Counted from the whole stretch's first letter, positions 1 through 13,203 are shown. The stretch is DNA of 63,677 nucleotides, filler included, from Fonticula-like sp. SCN 57-25 (GCA_001724245.1; 9 parts of 9 records of this genome joined end to end with filler, not necessarily neighbours in it); one strand, 5' to 3'. The notes: generated by a model from the sequence alone, not told the origin. Made by a program: numbers and translations.

Positions 1-2
1 TG

Positions 3-1163
3 GACATCTTTCTGAGCATCATTGGCCATGAGCACTTGAAGGAGCAGGCGGAGAAGCGATCACCGCTGGTCATGGAGCTGCTCACAGAATTTATGAGCAA
101 GTATGATGTGATGAACTCTCCGGAGCTGCTCATCAAGGTGATTGATGCTGTACTGGCCTCAGAGACACTCAATTCTGATTCTGCAACAATGTTCCTGGTA
201 CATTGTGACAAACTTGGATTGGCCAAACAGGCTGCCGGATGTGCACAGGTGCTTGCTGCCAATTTCTACACGCTGAGTGACAAGAAGTTCATCTTTGAGT
301 TGTCGTGCGATACATTTTGTTCGCTCCTCCGCTCAGACGATCTATTCATCAAATCAGAGGACAGTGTCTATGAGATTGCAAACCAGTATGTCGAGAAGAA
401 CTGTGCCGCCCTCTCCACACAGCAACAGAGGGATGTCCTATCCACTGTGCGATACACATTCTTGTCAATAGACAAGCTCCAGATTCTCAAGGACAGCACC
501 TCTGAGCTCATCGATCTCGATACAATTGTTGATGCACTCTGGGCCCGTTTGTGTCGTCTCGAAAGGGACAAGGAGGAGGAAAAGATACTCTGCGAAGCGA
601 ACTCAAACCTGCGTTTGAGAAAGAACCGCGTCTTTTTGTATTCATCAGACTTTGACAAGAACGGAATCATGTACTGGCTTGGAACAAAGTGCGGTGAGGA
701 CAAGTATATCAACCCGCATACCAGAGGCAATGTTACTGTGTCACATTCGGCCAACTGCGAAGTCGGAAAGACCCCAGATTTGATCGCATTCGACCCCTGC
801 ACCTGCAACCTTGTGAGCTCCGCCAATACCACAATTACCATTAAGCTCCATGACTACTCGGTGCTACCAACAAAGTACACACTTCGACACACCATGTCCA
901 GAGACTCTGAGTGTCTGAGAAATTGGAGGTTCCAGGGCTCCATTAATGGCACCACATTTGTCGATTTGAGTGTTCATCAGAACGATACCAGTCTCAACGT
1001 GAAGGGTGCAACAAAGACTTGGTCATTGGATCCAGTGAAGGCCTGCGACTATTATCAGTACTTCCGCATCTTACAGGATGGAAATAACTCTTCCAACAAT
1101 ACCTACCTTTCCTTGGCCGGTCTGGAGCTCTACGGTTACGTAATGAAATTGATAGCCAAGTAA
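3..1163 (+). CDS. BACK domain + C-terminal discoidin/F5-8C-like domain protein (BTB-BACK family), 5'-partial
   Basis: Frame is open from the contig start. BACK-like LLRSDDLFIKSEDSVYE...VRYTFLS, then SDFDKNGIMYWLGT and YTLRH..LRNWRFQGS..FRILQDGNNS, as in HECTD1-like and BTB-discoidin proteins. Confidence 0.8.
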   Translation, partial: DIFLSIIGHEHLKEQAEKRSPLVMELLTEFMSKYDVMNSPELLIKVIDAVLASETLNSDSATMFLVHCDKLGLAKQAAGCAQVLAANFYTLSDKKFIFELSCDTFCSLLRSDDLFIKSEDSVYEIANQYVEKNCAALSTQQQRDVLSTVRYTFLSIDKLQILKDSTSELIDLDTIVDALWARLCRLERDKEEEKILCEANSNLRLRKNRVFLYSSDFDKNGIMYWLGTKCGEDKYINPHTRGNVTVSHSANCEVGKTPDLIAFDPCTCNLVSSANTTITIKLHDYSVLPTKYTLRHTMSRDSECLRNWRFQGSINGTTFVDLSVHQNDTSLNVKGATKTWSLDPVKACDYYQYFRILQDGNNSSNNTYLSLAGLELYGYVMKLIAK

Positions 1164-1289
1164 ACACAAGACAAGAAGAGCAGTTTCAGAAAACAGGCAG
1201 TATTGCACAACAACAGTAATAATGACAGGAAGCATTAAACACAATATGTTCCATATTACCATGAGTATTAAATTCTTATTTCATAACAG

Positions 1290-1470
1290 CAGCACGAAAC
1301 ATTACAATGTGTTTCATAGCAGTAGCAGGAAGCATTACAATGTATTATTCCGTGGCAGCATTACAATGTATTATTCCATGGCAACATTACAATGTGTTTC
1401 ACAGCAGCACTACAATGTATTTCATAGCAGCACTACAATGTATTTCATAGCAACAGTACATTACATGTTA
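1290..1470. repeat. Degenerate minisatellite, core CA(T/C)TACAATGT, about 6-7 copies
   Basis: Core recurs at 23-33 bp spacing between two convergent stop codons. Confidence 0.85.
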
Positions 1471-1473
1471 TGA

Positions 1474-3639
1474 TCAGTAATTGGCACCTGCTGCTGTGCC
1501 CGTGTACGTCTCGAGACCCAATTGGACTCTCATCTTCTCCTGCCTGTCCCTCTCGTACTTTGGACATGCTGTGATACGATGTCCGAGACCACCACAATAC
1601 TTGCAACCCTTGGTACTCTTGTTACTCTTGTTCATCTGGAAGGCATCCTCCAATGGGTCATGCAACGATTGCAAGATGGGTGGGATGCGTTGTTTTGCCT
1701 CGAGCAACAAATGCTTCAAGTCCAGTAACATTTGCTCGCTACACTGGGTGCTATTGATGAAGCTGGTTGCCAACCCTGTCTGTCCCCTTCTCCCAGTTCG
1801 ACCAATACGATGCACATAGGTCTCAATGTCCTTGGCCATGTCATAGTTGATCACATGTTTAACGTCGGGGAAATCTAGTCCCTTGGAGACCACATCCGTG
1901 GCAACCAGTACATCCTTCTCAAGACCCTTGAACAGACGGATGGCTGACTCTCGATCCTCCTGGTCCTTGCTACCGTGAATTGCCACGGCCTCCACACCCC
2001 TCTGGAGCAAGTATTCCTGAATGTCATCAACGTCATTCTTGTTCTCGCAAAAGATGAGCACCGGTGGTGGTGTCTTCTGGAGAGCCTCCAGCAAATAGGG
2101 CATCTTTGCCTCCTGCTTCACAAAGTCAACCTCCTGGACAACATCCAAATTTGCAGCACCTGCACGACCAACATTGACTATTAGGGGCTCCAGCAGACTG
2201 GTCTTTGCAAACTGCTGCACCTTCTCTGGCATGGTTGCCGAGAAGAGCACCGTTTGTCTTGGCATCGGCTTGAAATAGTCAAACACCTGGCGCACATCGT
2301 CCTCAAACCCAATGTCCAGCAAGCGGTCAGCCTCGTCCATGCACACATATTTACAATTATCAAAATTGATCAACTGGGATCTCAGTGAACTAATCAAGCG
2401 ACCAGGTGTTGCGACAACCATGTGCACACCCTTGTACAGAATGGTGCTCTGCTCCTTCATCTGCGTACCCCCAATTATCAACAGTGTACGAAGTTCAGGG
2501 AACCCATCAGAGTTGTTACTGTTACCACTATTTCCACTGTTACCACTATTGATATTTCCACTACTGTTACCACCACTACTACTGCTGATATTTCCACTAC
2601 TATTACCACTGCTGCTGATATTTCCACTGTTACCACTTCCACTGTTACCACTGTTACCACTACTGATATTTCCACTTCCACTATTACTACCACTTCCATT
2701 ACCACATAAATGTTGTACATAGTATTGCACAACTTCAAAAGTCTGCCTTGCAAGTTCTCGTGAGGGACAGAGGATGAGAGCAAGAGGACCCTCACCTCGT
2801 TGCACCGGTAGCCTCAGTTCCTCCTGTAGTGCCAAGAGGATCATGGGTAACGTGAATACAAGGGTCTTCCCAGTGCCCGTGAACGCAACGCCAATCAGAT
2901 CACGCCCCGCAAGGATTGCCGGGAGTGCCTGCATCTGAATGGGAGTCGGTTGACTAATACCCTTTGCCTGCATTGCACCGAGTATCGCTCTGGGGAACTT
3001 GAACCACTCGAAACGGGGGACCGGGTTCGGTACGCGCTCCCCCTGGACCGCAATGTGGAACTGGGTGCGGAGGAGGTCCGCGTGCGCTGGATTCATCGCC
3101 TCGATGAAACGCGGTGCTCGCCAGGTGGTTGCAATTGGGGAGCGCTGGGCGACGGGCAGCAGCGGGGCGACACTCTGTGCTGCGCTCTCGAGCATCTTGT
3201 TCTCCTCCTCGAGCATCTTCTCGTCCTCGTGGCCGCTGAGCTGGCGCTTGATCTCCTTGGACTTCTCGACGAGGGTCACCTTTGCGCGAGGCCCAGATTG
3301 GATCTCTGGTTCTACTGGCACACTTGCACTCCCTGCTGCTGATCTTGATGCCGATGATGCTGCTGCACGCTCTTGTCCTTCGAGTTGAAACTGCTCGAGC
3401 AGTTGCTGTTTGCGTCGTTTCACTGGAATAAAGAGTGGCTCTTCTTCAACATCACCAGTTTCAATCTCACGGTGTTCATTTTCAATGTTGTTATTATTAT
3501 GGTGTTCAAAGTTTTTATCACGGTGTTCAATGTCGTCTTCATCATCATTGTTGTCGTCACGAGATAGTGATTGTCTGCGCGATCGTTTGAGTTGCAGTGC
3601 TTGTCTGCGTTTCCAGGCTGCAACGGGGTCTTCGCTCAT
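1474..3639 (-). CDS. DDX41: DEAD-box RNA helicase DDX41/abstrakt, intronless
   Basis: PTPIQMQ, AFTGTGKT, PSRELA, DEAD, SAT, HRIGRTGR and a C-terminal zinc knuckle CKYCGGLGHRITAC. Likely start is MSEDPV at 3639. Confidence 0.93.
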   Translation of the reverse strand: MSEDPVAAWKRRQALQLKRSRRQSLSRDDNNDDEDDIEHRDKNFEHHNNNNIENEHREIETGDVEEEPLFIPVKRRKQQLLEQFQLEGQERAAASSASRSAAGSASVPVEPEIQSGPRAKVTLVEKSKEIKRQLSGHEDEKMLEEENKMLESAAQSVAPLLPVAQRSPIATTWRAPRFIEAMNPAHADLLRTQFHIAVQGERVPNPVPRFEWFKFPRAILGAMQAKGISQPTPIQMQALPAILAGRDLIGVAFTGTGKTLVFTLPMILLALQEELRLPVQRGEGPLALILCPSRELARQTFEVVQYYVQHLCGNGSGSNSGSGNISSGNSGNSGSGNSGNISSSGNSSGNISSSSGGNSSGNINSGNSGNSGNSNNSDGFPELRTLLIIGGTQMKEQSTILYKGVHMVVATPGRLISSLRSQLINFDNCKYVCMDEADRLLDIGFEDDVRQVFDYFKPMPRQTVLFSATMPEKVQQFAKTSLLEPLIVNVGRAGAANLDVVQEVDFVKQEAKMPYLLEALQKTPPPVLIFCENKNDVDDIQEYLLQRGVEAVAIHGSKDQEDRESAIRLFKGLEKDVLVATDVVSKGLDFPDVKHVINYDMAKDIETYVHRIGRTGRRGQTGLATSFINSTQCSEQMLLDLKHLLLEAKQRIPPILQSLHDPLEDAFQMNKSNKSTKGCKYCGGLGHRITACPKYERDRQEKMRVQLGLETYTGTAAGANY

Positions 3640-3749
3640 CTCAGTTCTCTTGTGCAATAACAGCTGAGTCAACTCGTTTAACTTCAACAAGGAGATGTAA
3701 TTTAATTTCAAGCTCAACCGTAATCAAACTACAACTACTTGTTCTTCTA

Positions 3750-6506
3750 ATGATCACAGAGTCTGATATTCACGGGATTCCAATCAACGTGGTGGCTCGA
3801 ATCCACAAACCAACAGAAATATTTTCGCAACCACATTCTGGTTATCTGTCACTTCTGGATCCTAAAACTGTGCAGCTGAGAATTCAAGACGAGAAAAAAA
3901 TTATCAAGTACCCGTTTTCAAATGTTTTCGACAGTTCATCGACAATTGATGAAATTTATGAATCTGTGGTGCGGCCAAATGTTACAGATTTTTGTTCTGG
4001 TGTCAACATGTGTTTATTGTTAGGCGGAGACAATGAGGAGTCATTAGCACTCACAATGGCTGGTAAATTCAAAACCTATTGACTTGTTCCATACTCACCT
4101 CTCGGAAACAAACTTTGTTACAGAATTTGTACCACTAGTTTCACAGACCACGTTTCAATTCCTCGATGAGAAGGTTGCAAATAAGAGAGACATGTACAAG
4201 TTCATTGTCCGTGTGTCTCTTATTGAGGTTTTCAATGAGGAAGCCATTGACTTACTCAACCCCGCTGGGAGAGTGAAACTCAAGGTGAGAGATGATGAGA
4301 TAAAGGGGATCTCGCTTTTTGCATCTCAAGTTGAGGTGAACACTTTTGGTCAAGTGTTACAAGTTTTTAATGATGTACGAATAACGTTTGGTTTCTTCAA
4401 GTTTACGTGAAGGGTGTTTCTAGGAAAATGTTTACCCCAATTCCCAATATGAACTGTGAATCAGCGGAGAGGTATGTTGTGGCAGAAGAGCTTGAATTTT
4501 TTTTTTACTTGTACACGAAAGAGCTTCTTTTATTTTCCAATTGGAACTGACACAGATCTACGTGGAAACAAATAACTACACTATTTCAACATTTAATATC
4601 GTTCACTTTAACGGATTCAACCGATTATACATTCATCCCTCTGTTTTAAGATCAAGAGAAGGTGACATTCTGAACAAATCCCTACTCTCTTTTTCAATCT
4701 ATGTGAAGAGTAAGGCAGGGAGCTCATTGGGGAAATTTGTAAATTACCGAGAATCCCTCATGACCCATTTGTTATATGATAGCTTTGGTGGGAATTGTTT
4801 AACCACCGTTATTGTACAATTGTTCGACTCTGTGGAGAAAACTATGGCGTCTGAGACTGTGCAAATGCTGAGAGGGATCATGGATTTCGCAATGCTGATG
4901 AGTACGATTAAGAATTTCCCATTGGTAAATGAGGATGTGGTTTTTGGTCTGATAACTCGCCACAGGGTAAGTGTTATAGTTGATGGATAATTTCACTTTG
5001 CCAAAGAGCGAATTGATTTACTTACGCAATGTTGGGGGAGATGAAAAACCGACTGGCAATTCATCGAAGATACAAGGTATAGTTACTGAAGAACATTGTG
5101 CAGTAACCAGTTTCAGCTCTTGAGGCAAAAATTATTCAAGAAAATTTGGAAAAATTGAAGTTTGCAGAAGACCGAGGCCGAATTGTGAGCGCATTAACAG
5201 AACTAACGGAAAAGTTTGAATTCATTCAATGTCTTTACAATCTTAACATTTTGAACTTCAAGATACAAGGAACTTGTGAATCGACACACTCAATTACAGC
5301 AGTCGTTAGCTGCAGTAGATGAGAATAGACGGTCTCTCCTAAAGAGTTTAACAGAAATGCAAGACGAACACGAAAACCTAAAGAATAATACAGTTAAGAA
5401 AATACAATTAGATTTAGAGCAGCGAAACAAGCAAGTCCAATTGCTTGGTGATGCTCTCACAAAACTCAAAGGAGAGTACCAGGAACTTATCCAAGAATAT
5501 TCAATACTAAAGAAAAATTTCTCTATTTCGAATCAAGAGAACAAAATCAATAAGCAACAACTTGATGAAGTGAACATTGAAATGGTCTCTCTCATCAACA
5601 GGAATGAAGCATTGAAGGATAGCCATGCGAGTTTTCAACAATTACAAAAGCACGCTGCTCAACAAGAGCTTGATTTCAAGAATGGGCAAATTGTTCAACA
5701 AAAACTGGAAATAATGTTGCAGGAAATTCAAAAATCTGAACGAAACTTGCTTGAAAAAAACAAAGTATTGAATTCTAAACTAGAATCGGCTGAGGAAACA
5801 TACAGAACCAATCTAAAACAATGTACGAGCATATAATAACAAAACTTTACAGTAACAAACGTCTAGTTATCACACAGATGAGGAAGATAACTGAAGAAAT
5901 GCACTCTAACACTGCTCTCAATCAGGACATCGCAGACCCGACAACCCACCGTTTTTTCAAACATGTTGCTGTTTTGAGAAAAGAACTAATTGATTCATAT
6001 CAATCGAAGGAGCAATTCATGACACAAAGAATTGAGAATACCGAACACCAATACGCAATCTTGGTTGAAAAAAGCAGATCTATTTTAAAAGCGTTCTTAG
6101 CTTCTCGAACAAAGTCAGACATCGCAGTTGAATACGAGAATTGTAAAGCCCTTGCAAAGGAGTTGGATAATATTGATGAGAAGTTGAAAGAAGAGAAAAA
6201 CAAGGAACCCTCAATATTGAAAGAAAAGGTGAATGAACTTGAGACTAAGCTTACAAATCTGAAACAAGATGAAATCTTGCAAGCTGAAAACTATCAAGAG
6301 ATTGTGAGCAATTTACAGGCGAAATTTGCTAAATTGTGTGCATCCAATGAACAACCAACAAAAACCAGGCTTGAGCAACCAACTATTATGGAAGAGCAAA
6401 TGCAAAAGATGATAAACGAAATTTCGAGTTTAAAGGACCACTCTCCATCACAAAAGTTTATTCAGGCATTACAGGATGAGAGGAATGAATTGTCAAGAAA
6501 AGTCCA
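3750..6506 (+). CDS. Kinesin-like protein with degenerate motor and long coiled coil (CCDC78-like), multi-exon, 3'-partial
   Basis: Kinesin scaffold motifs INVVARI, YPFSNVF, VRVSLIEVFNEEAIDLL, LNKSLL, VNYRESLMTHLLYDSFGGNCLT. Short GT-AG introns join the ORFs. Coiled coil from about 5100 onward. Confidence 0.75.
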
Positions 6507-6606
6507 NNNNNNNNNNNNNNNNNNNNNNNNNNNNNNNNNNNNNNNNNNNNTTAATTAATTAANNNNNNNNNNNNNNNNNNNNNNNNNNNNNNNNNNNNNN
6601 NNNNNN
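6507..6606. other. Artificial contig-joining spacer (first of eight)
   Basis: 44 N + TTAATTAATTAA (stops in all six frames) + 44 N. Identical spacers at 13104-13203, 19698-19797, 26297-26396, 32883-32982, 39466-39565, 46049-46148 and 57129-57228. Genes are cut off at these points. Confidence 0.99.
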
Positions 6607-8322
6607 CTTCTTTGTCTTGTCCGTCTTTGACTTCTTCTGCTTGATGGCCTTGAGTTTCCTCGGCGGCTTGGAGAGACCAGACTGGAAGTTGACGGCGCGC
6701 TTGCCGCGCGCCATGGACATGAACTTGTCGTCACGGATGATGGGGTAGCGCGCGAGGTGATGCGCCAAGAAGCTGTAGCGACCCTTGTACACGAGGAGAG
6801 CTGCAATGACACACGGTTAGACAACGGAAAACTCACAGAAAAAAAAAATTCATGCGTACCGCCAGCGCTGCCGAGCATGATGTAAAGGTACTTGGGGTAC
6901 TTTGGCGTGTCGTAGATGCCGTGCGTGCCGAGCGGGGCGGCCGGGAGACCGCGCTCGAGCCTGCAAATGTTCCTGGCAATGGCGATGCCGTGCTGGAGCG
7001 CCGACATGGCGAGCTTCTCGTGCATGATGCTGCACACGTCACCGCCCGAAAAGATGTTGCTGTGGCCGACGACCTGCAGCGTGTCGAGCACGCTAACAAA
7101 GTCGCTGTCGTTGACAATCTCGGGGAAGCCCTTCTTGAGGAAGCCCGACACGGGCTTGGGACCAGTGGCCACGTACACCTTGTCGCAGGTGATCTTGCGG
7201 CCCTTGTTGGTGATGTACGACTGGTGGTCGTCGGCAGACACCTGCAGGATACGCTCGTTAAAGATCATCTTGACGCCCATCTTTTCGAGGGCGCGGCGGG
7301 CGAGCTGCTGAGCGCGCGGCGGCGTGCGCTTGAGGAGCGTCGAGTTGGACTCGACAATGGTTACGTTCTTGTCGGGGAACGCGCCCTTGAGCTCGGACGC
7401 CAATTCGCAGCCCACAACACCACCGCCGACGACGAGCACGTCCTTGGCCTCCTGGAGCGAGTTGAACTCTTGGTTGATACGCTTCACACGGTACGAGGTC
7501 GTCATGTTGCGGCCCTTGAGGAGCTGCGAGCGGTACGACGAGCCAGTCGCAATCACCATGTAGTCGTACGGGTACTGCACGCCGTCGGCGGTGACGTACG
7601 AGTTGTTCACGTCAGTCGCAGTCGCGGCGATCACGCGGCCGTTCCTGATGTACTCGGTGTGCTTGACGCGGAAGCCTTCCGCAAACCCGGGGTCAACCAT
7701 CGCGTGGATCATGGCAGGAGTAAACTCCCAATAGTCCTTGGTGTCGATGAGCGTCACGTGGAAGCGAGACATGGCATCGAGGGAGCGCGCAACGCCCATG
7801 GCGACAAAGCCGCCGCCAATAATAACAATGCGCTTCACGCCCGGGGGAAGATCACTAAGCACGGGAAAGAGTCAGCAAAAAGGCGGCCCAAGGGCGGGCG
7901 GCGGCGTACAGCTCGTGATCACGCGTGACCTTGCCAAAGTTTTCGCGGAAGCGGAGGAGGACAGTCGACGAGATGAGCTGCATGACCTCGTCGAGCGCGC
8001 CGTCAAAGAGCGTCATGTCGCCTTCCTCGACGGCCTTGTCGACGCGGTTGACGATCTTTGTGCGCTCCGACGCCGAAATGTTGATCTCCATGATGGCCTC
8101 GGGCGAGCAGTACTCGGCCACGAGCTCCTTGATGCGGTGACGGTCCTGCGTCTCCTTCAAGGCAAGCACGTCTTCGATAAAGAAAACGTTCTCCTCAGCA
8201 AACTCCTTTGCGGCGAACACGCGCAGAGCCGCGAGCAGCTCGGGATCCTTCATGATGGCCTGCAGGGTCATATTTGAAACGTCCACCGCGGACCGCTCCG
8301 CGACCGCTGTTATCGGCGACAT
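6607..8322 (-). CDS. RGS domain fused to AIF/AMID(FSP1)-like FAD-dependent oxidoreductase, 3'-partial
   Basis: RGS signature FAAKEFAEENVFF...EINIS. A GTACGC...GCTGAC...TTAG intron at about 7855-7909 joins it in frame to IVIIGGG, YDYMVIATG, VVGGGVVGCELASE and NIFSGGD. Confidence 0.85.
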
Positions 8323-9053
8323 TGTGGCTGTTCTGCTTCTTGCTGCTGCTGCGGCGACCGGTAGAGGGCGCAACGGCGAAAGGGCGATAAAACTAGCGGC
8401 GGGATCCCGGGTGGGTGTCGGGTTCCGCAAGGTCTGCGCGGCAACGTGTACGGCAGAAAGGTGTTTTAGTTGAGTCTCCGCCAAGACGGGTTGTCTCTCG
8501 TCGGTTCCGAGCACGCTGATTGGTCGAGCTAAAGGCCGAGGCGCCTATATGGGAGGACGATTGGTCAGCGGGATTATTGTCGAAACCCGGGGTGATCGGA
8601 CCTGTTGCGGAAAGTATTTTTGTATCCCTCGTGAATAAGCGCGCGCCTTTGGAATGTTGCTTTGAAAGGAAACTGACACGCTGCACCCGGGCGAGGCCCG
8701 GCGCCTTTGCGCGGCACCAGAGTTGCTCTCGGGGCTACGACGAGTGTTTCAATACTACTGTTGGCCCTTGGCATCGAATGGAAACTATCGGGAAAGAAGG
8801 AAAAGGGCACACGCATGCTGGCCGGGATTTGGCCGGGATACGCATCAACGGAATGTGAGCCTACAATGATGACTGTGTATAATGATCGTGCTAGATCGAT
8901 CGATTCGAGATGATTCACAGCGCAAGTTCACATGTTTGATGCACATGTACCATAGTACTGATGTTCATGTATTGATACTTACTTTGGACTTATTGACATT
9001 CCCGTGTTTACGCACCCGTGTGACGAACATGCACGCGCGTTGATGACACACGC

Positions 9054-9944
9054 CTACAAGTGAGCCATGAGCGGGCGCACGCCGAGGTACGACGCGATGT
9101 GGTGGAAGCGGTCCGACCCAAACACAAAGTGGCCCTCGTCCTGCGCGTCCTTGTACACGAAAAAGCTCGGCGCTGACGTCAGCAGTGGCGGGTCAGTATC
9201 AATATCAAAAATATGCTCGACGCACCGCCAAAGCAGCCCTTTGCGACGGCATCCTCGGTCGCGTTGCGCAGCGCAGTCTTGACCTCGTCCGTCTTGGCGG
9301 CCTCGACGAGCCGAGCGACGAGATCGTCCGACAGGCCGGCGCGCTTAAGCTCGGCAATGCACGTGGCCTCCACCGACACGTCCTCTCCGCGGCCCCAGTA
9401 GGCATTGAAAAGCCCTGTTTGCCAGGTCAGGGCAAGCCGGCAAAGATCGGGCGAGCGTACCCGCCGAGGCGCGCTCGAGGTCCGCCTTGTTGCCATCCAA
9501 GTAGAGGCGCGTCAACATGCGCATCGCCTGTATCGTGTTGGCGGGAAAGTTGCTCGGGAGGGTAAGGGGCGCATTCAGCAGCGCGGCCTCGCGGCTCGTG
9601 TCCTACGAATGATCAGCAAATAAAAAGAAGATTCGCCAGTACCTTCAACATGTACGCGCCCTTGAGGGGGACGCGGAGAGGCGGCTGGTTGCCGGCGCCC
9701 TAGCAGACAAAATGTCAGAACAGAGACGAGGGCCAAGGGCATCGGTACCTGCATCACGCCACCGAGAAAGAAGGGGCGGAGGACGACATCGACGCCCCAC
9801 GAGGCCCTACGAGCAAGCTGGTTAGGCATACGAAATGGAATCACGGCACGCGGCGTACTTGAGCTTGTTCAGGTGCAGAAACGCAAGGTATGAGTACGGA
9901 GACACGACGTCATAGAAGAACTCGATGCGGCGACCACCTGCCAT
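9054..9944 (-). CDS. GSTK1: Glutathione S-transferase kappa / DSBA-like thioredoxin, multi-exon
   Basis: Spliced model begins MAGGRRIEFFYDVVSPYSYLAF and contains RPFFLGGVM, FPANT, GCFGAPSF and FVFGSDRF. Confidence 0.85.
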
Positions 9945-10307
9945 GGCTGACAAGTCTCCGCCTGGTCAATAACAACCAACCTGATTGGTCATCTGAATCC
10001 ACATTTCCCGCCAAATTTCAAGGAGTTCAATCGTATGCTTTCGTTCTTGTAATGCATCGTGGCGTACAAAAAATAAAGCTCAGGCAACCTATTCATGCCC
10101 TCAAATGGATAAAAAAAACGCGTATCACACACGCAAAGAATGGACTTAGCTCATGAAAAATGCTCACGCATTGTACATTTTGTTCTGAAACCAGGGTCAC
10201 ATTAACAGTAATTTACTTGGAACTACAAAGGGAAACTCATCGAAACAAACTGGCTAATCACTGATAAACACTAGGGTACACTACTAAAATAACTAGGGAC
10301 TTGACTA

Positions 10308-11039
10308 TTAGAGGGCCAAAGGGCGCGCGCGGGGAAAGTGGGGAACCGCCCTGGCAAGTGCCGCCGCCTCCACACTGTCCGAGTTCGCCCGCTGGCGCGT
10401 GCAGTTGCTTGTGTCAAACCAGTCTTCCATGACAATGCCATAGTGCGTGCCGTGGTCCAGGGTCCACTCGACCTCTGAGCTGCCCTCGGGAAACGCCACA
10501 TGAATCCTAAAGTGGTAGAGCTCGCCGTCGAGATCGGGCGTCATGTAGTACGTCGTCTGCGTCCCCGCGGCCTCATCGTCGTTGACCCACACCTCGGTCT
10601 CAATGCCGCGCACGGTCTCGTTGCCCTTGTACGTCGGCTCGAACGCGGGCACGTCGTATGTCCCCTGGACAAGGCACTCCTCCTCGCCGGCAGTGTTGGT
10701 CGAGTAATACCACATGTTGTAGTGGGCATCGGCGCCGTAGACGTACTCGTACACGACGCGCAGGCCGAGCACGACCGTCGGGTCCGTCGGGTCGTCGCGG
10801 AGGTCAAACGGCCACCCGGGCGCGATCATGTACGCCTCCCACAGATGCCCATCGGCCGTCGTCTTGACCGAGAGCTCCTCGCCGACAGACAGATACAGCG
10901 CGTCTGCATAGTGGTGCGTGCGCAAAAGGGTCGTCGAGAAGGGAGAGGGGACCTCGGGGAACGTCTGCGCGCAGGCTGACGCGAGGAGCACCGCGAGCAG
11001 TGCGCCTGTCGCAGGGGAAAACAACGCGGGGCGCGCCAT
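10308..11039 (-). CDS. Secreted protein, probable ependymin-related (LolA-like fold)
   Basis: Signal peptide; P-x-x-P-x-x-F start, YKGNETVRGIETEVW and terminal F-x4-C resemble EPDR-family proteins. Confidence 0.55.
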   Translation of the reverse strand: MARPALFSPATGALLAVLLASACAQTFPEVPSPFSTTLLRTHHYADALYLSVGEELSVKTTADGHLWEAYMIAPGWPFDLRDDPTDPTVVLGLRVVYEYVYGADAHYNMWYYSTNTAGEEECLVQGTYDVPAFEPTYKGNETVRGIETEVWVNDDEAAGTQTTYYMTPDLDGELYHFRIHVAFPEGSSEVEWTLDHGTHYGIVMEDWFDTSNCTRQRANSDSVEAAALARAVPHFPRARPLAL

Positions 11040-11128
11040 GGTTCAAAACGCTGACTGATTCTTGCACTGATTTTGCTGATTTTTCTCTGATTGCGCCTAC
11101 TCACGCGGCTGTCGACCACAGCGTGGGG

Positions 11129-13103
<1,975 letters not shown>

Positions 13104-13203
13104 NNNNNNNNNNNNNNNNNNNNNNNNNNNNNNNNNNNNNNNNNNNNTTAATTAATTAANNNNNNNNNNNNNNNNNNNNNNNNNNNNNNNNNNNNNNNNN
13201 NNN

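Noticed and set aside
1290-1470. CRISPR-like repeat-spacer appearance
   Set aside because: The core is only about 12 bp, the spacers resemble each other, the context is eukaryotic and no cas genes are present.
2510-2705. DDX41 repeat insert as an intron
   Set aside because: All GT donors are phase 1 and all AG acceptors phase 2, so splicing would shift the frame; the insert reads through without stops.
6551-6562. TTAATTAATTAA repeated at about 6.6-kb intervals
   Set aside because: Always embedded in fixed N runs; an artificial linker. Gene neighbourhoods across it mean nothing.
6852-7928. Long antisense or overlapping ORFs (also 32927-34027, 41587-42507, 47515-48522, 48609-49562, 50385-51308)
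   Set aside because: Shadow ORFs expected opposite genes with high third-position GC; no recognisable motifs.
8866-8962. Possible box C/D snoRNA (ATGATGA...CTGA)
   Set aside because: No convincing terminal stem or rRNA-complementary guide recognised; the motifs are too short to support a call.
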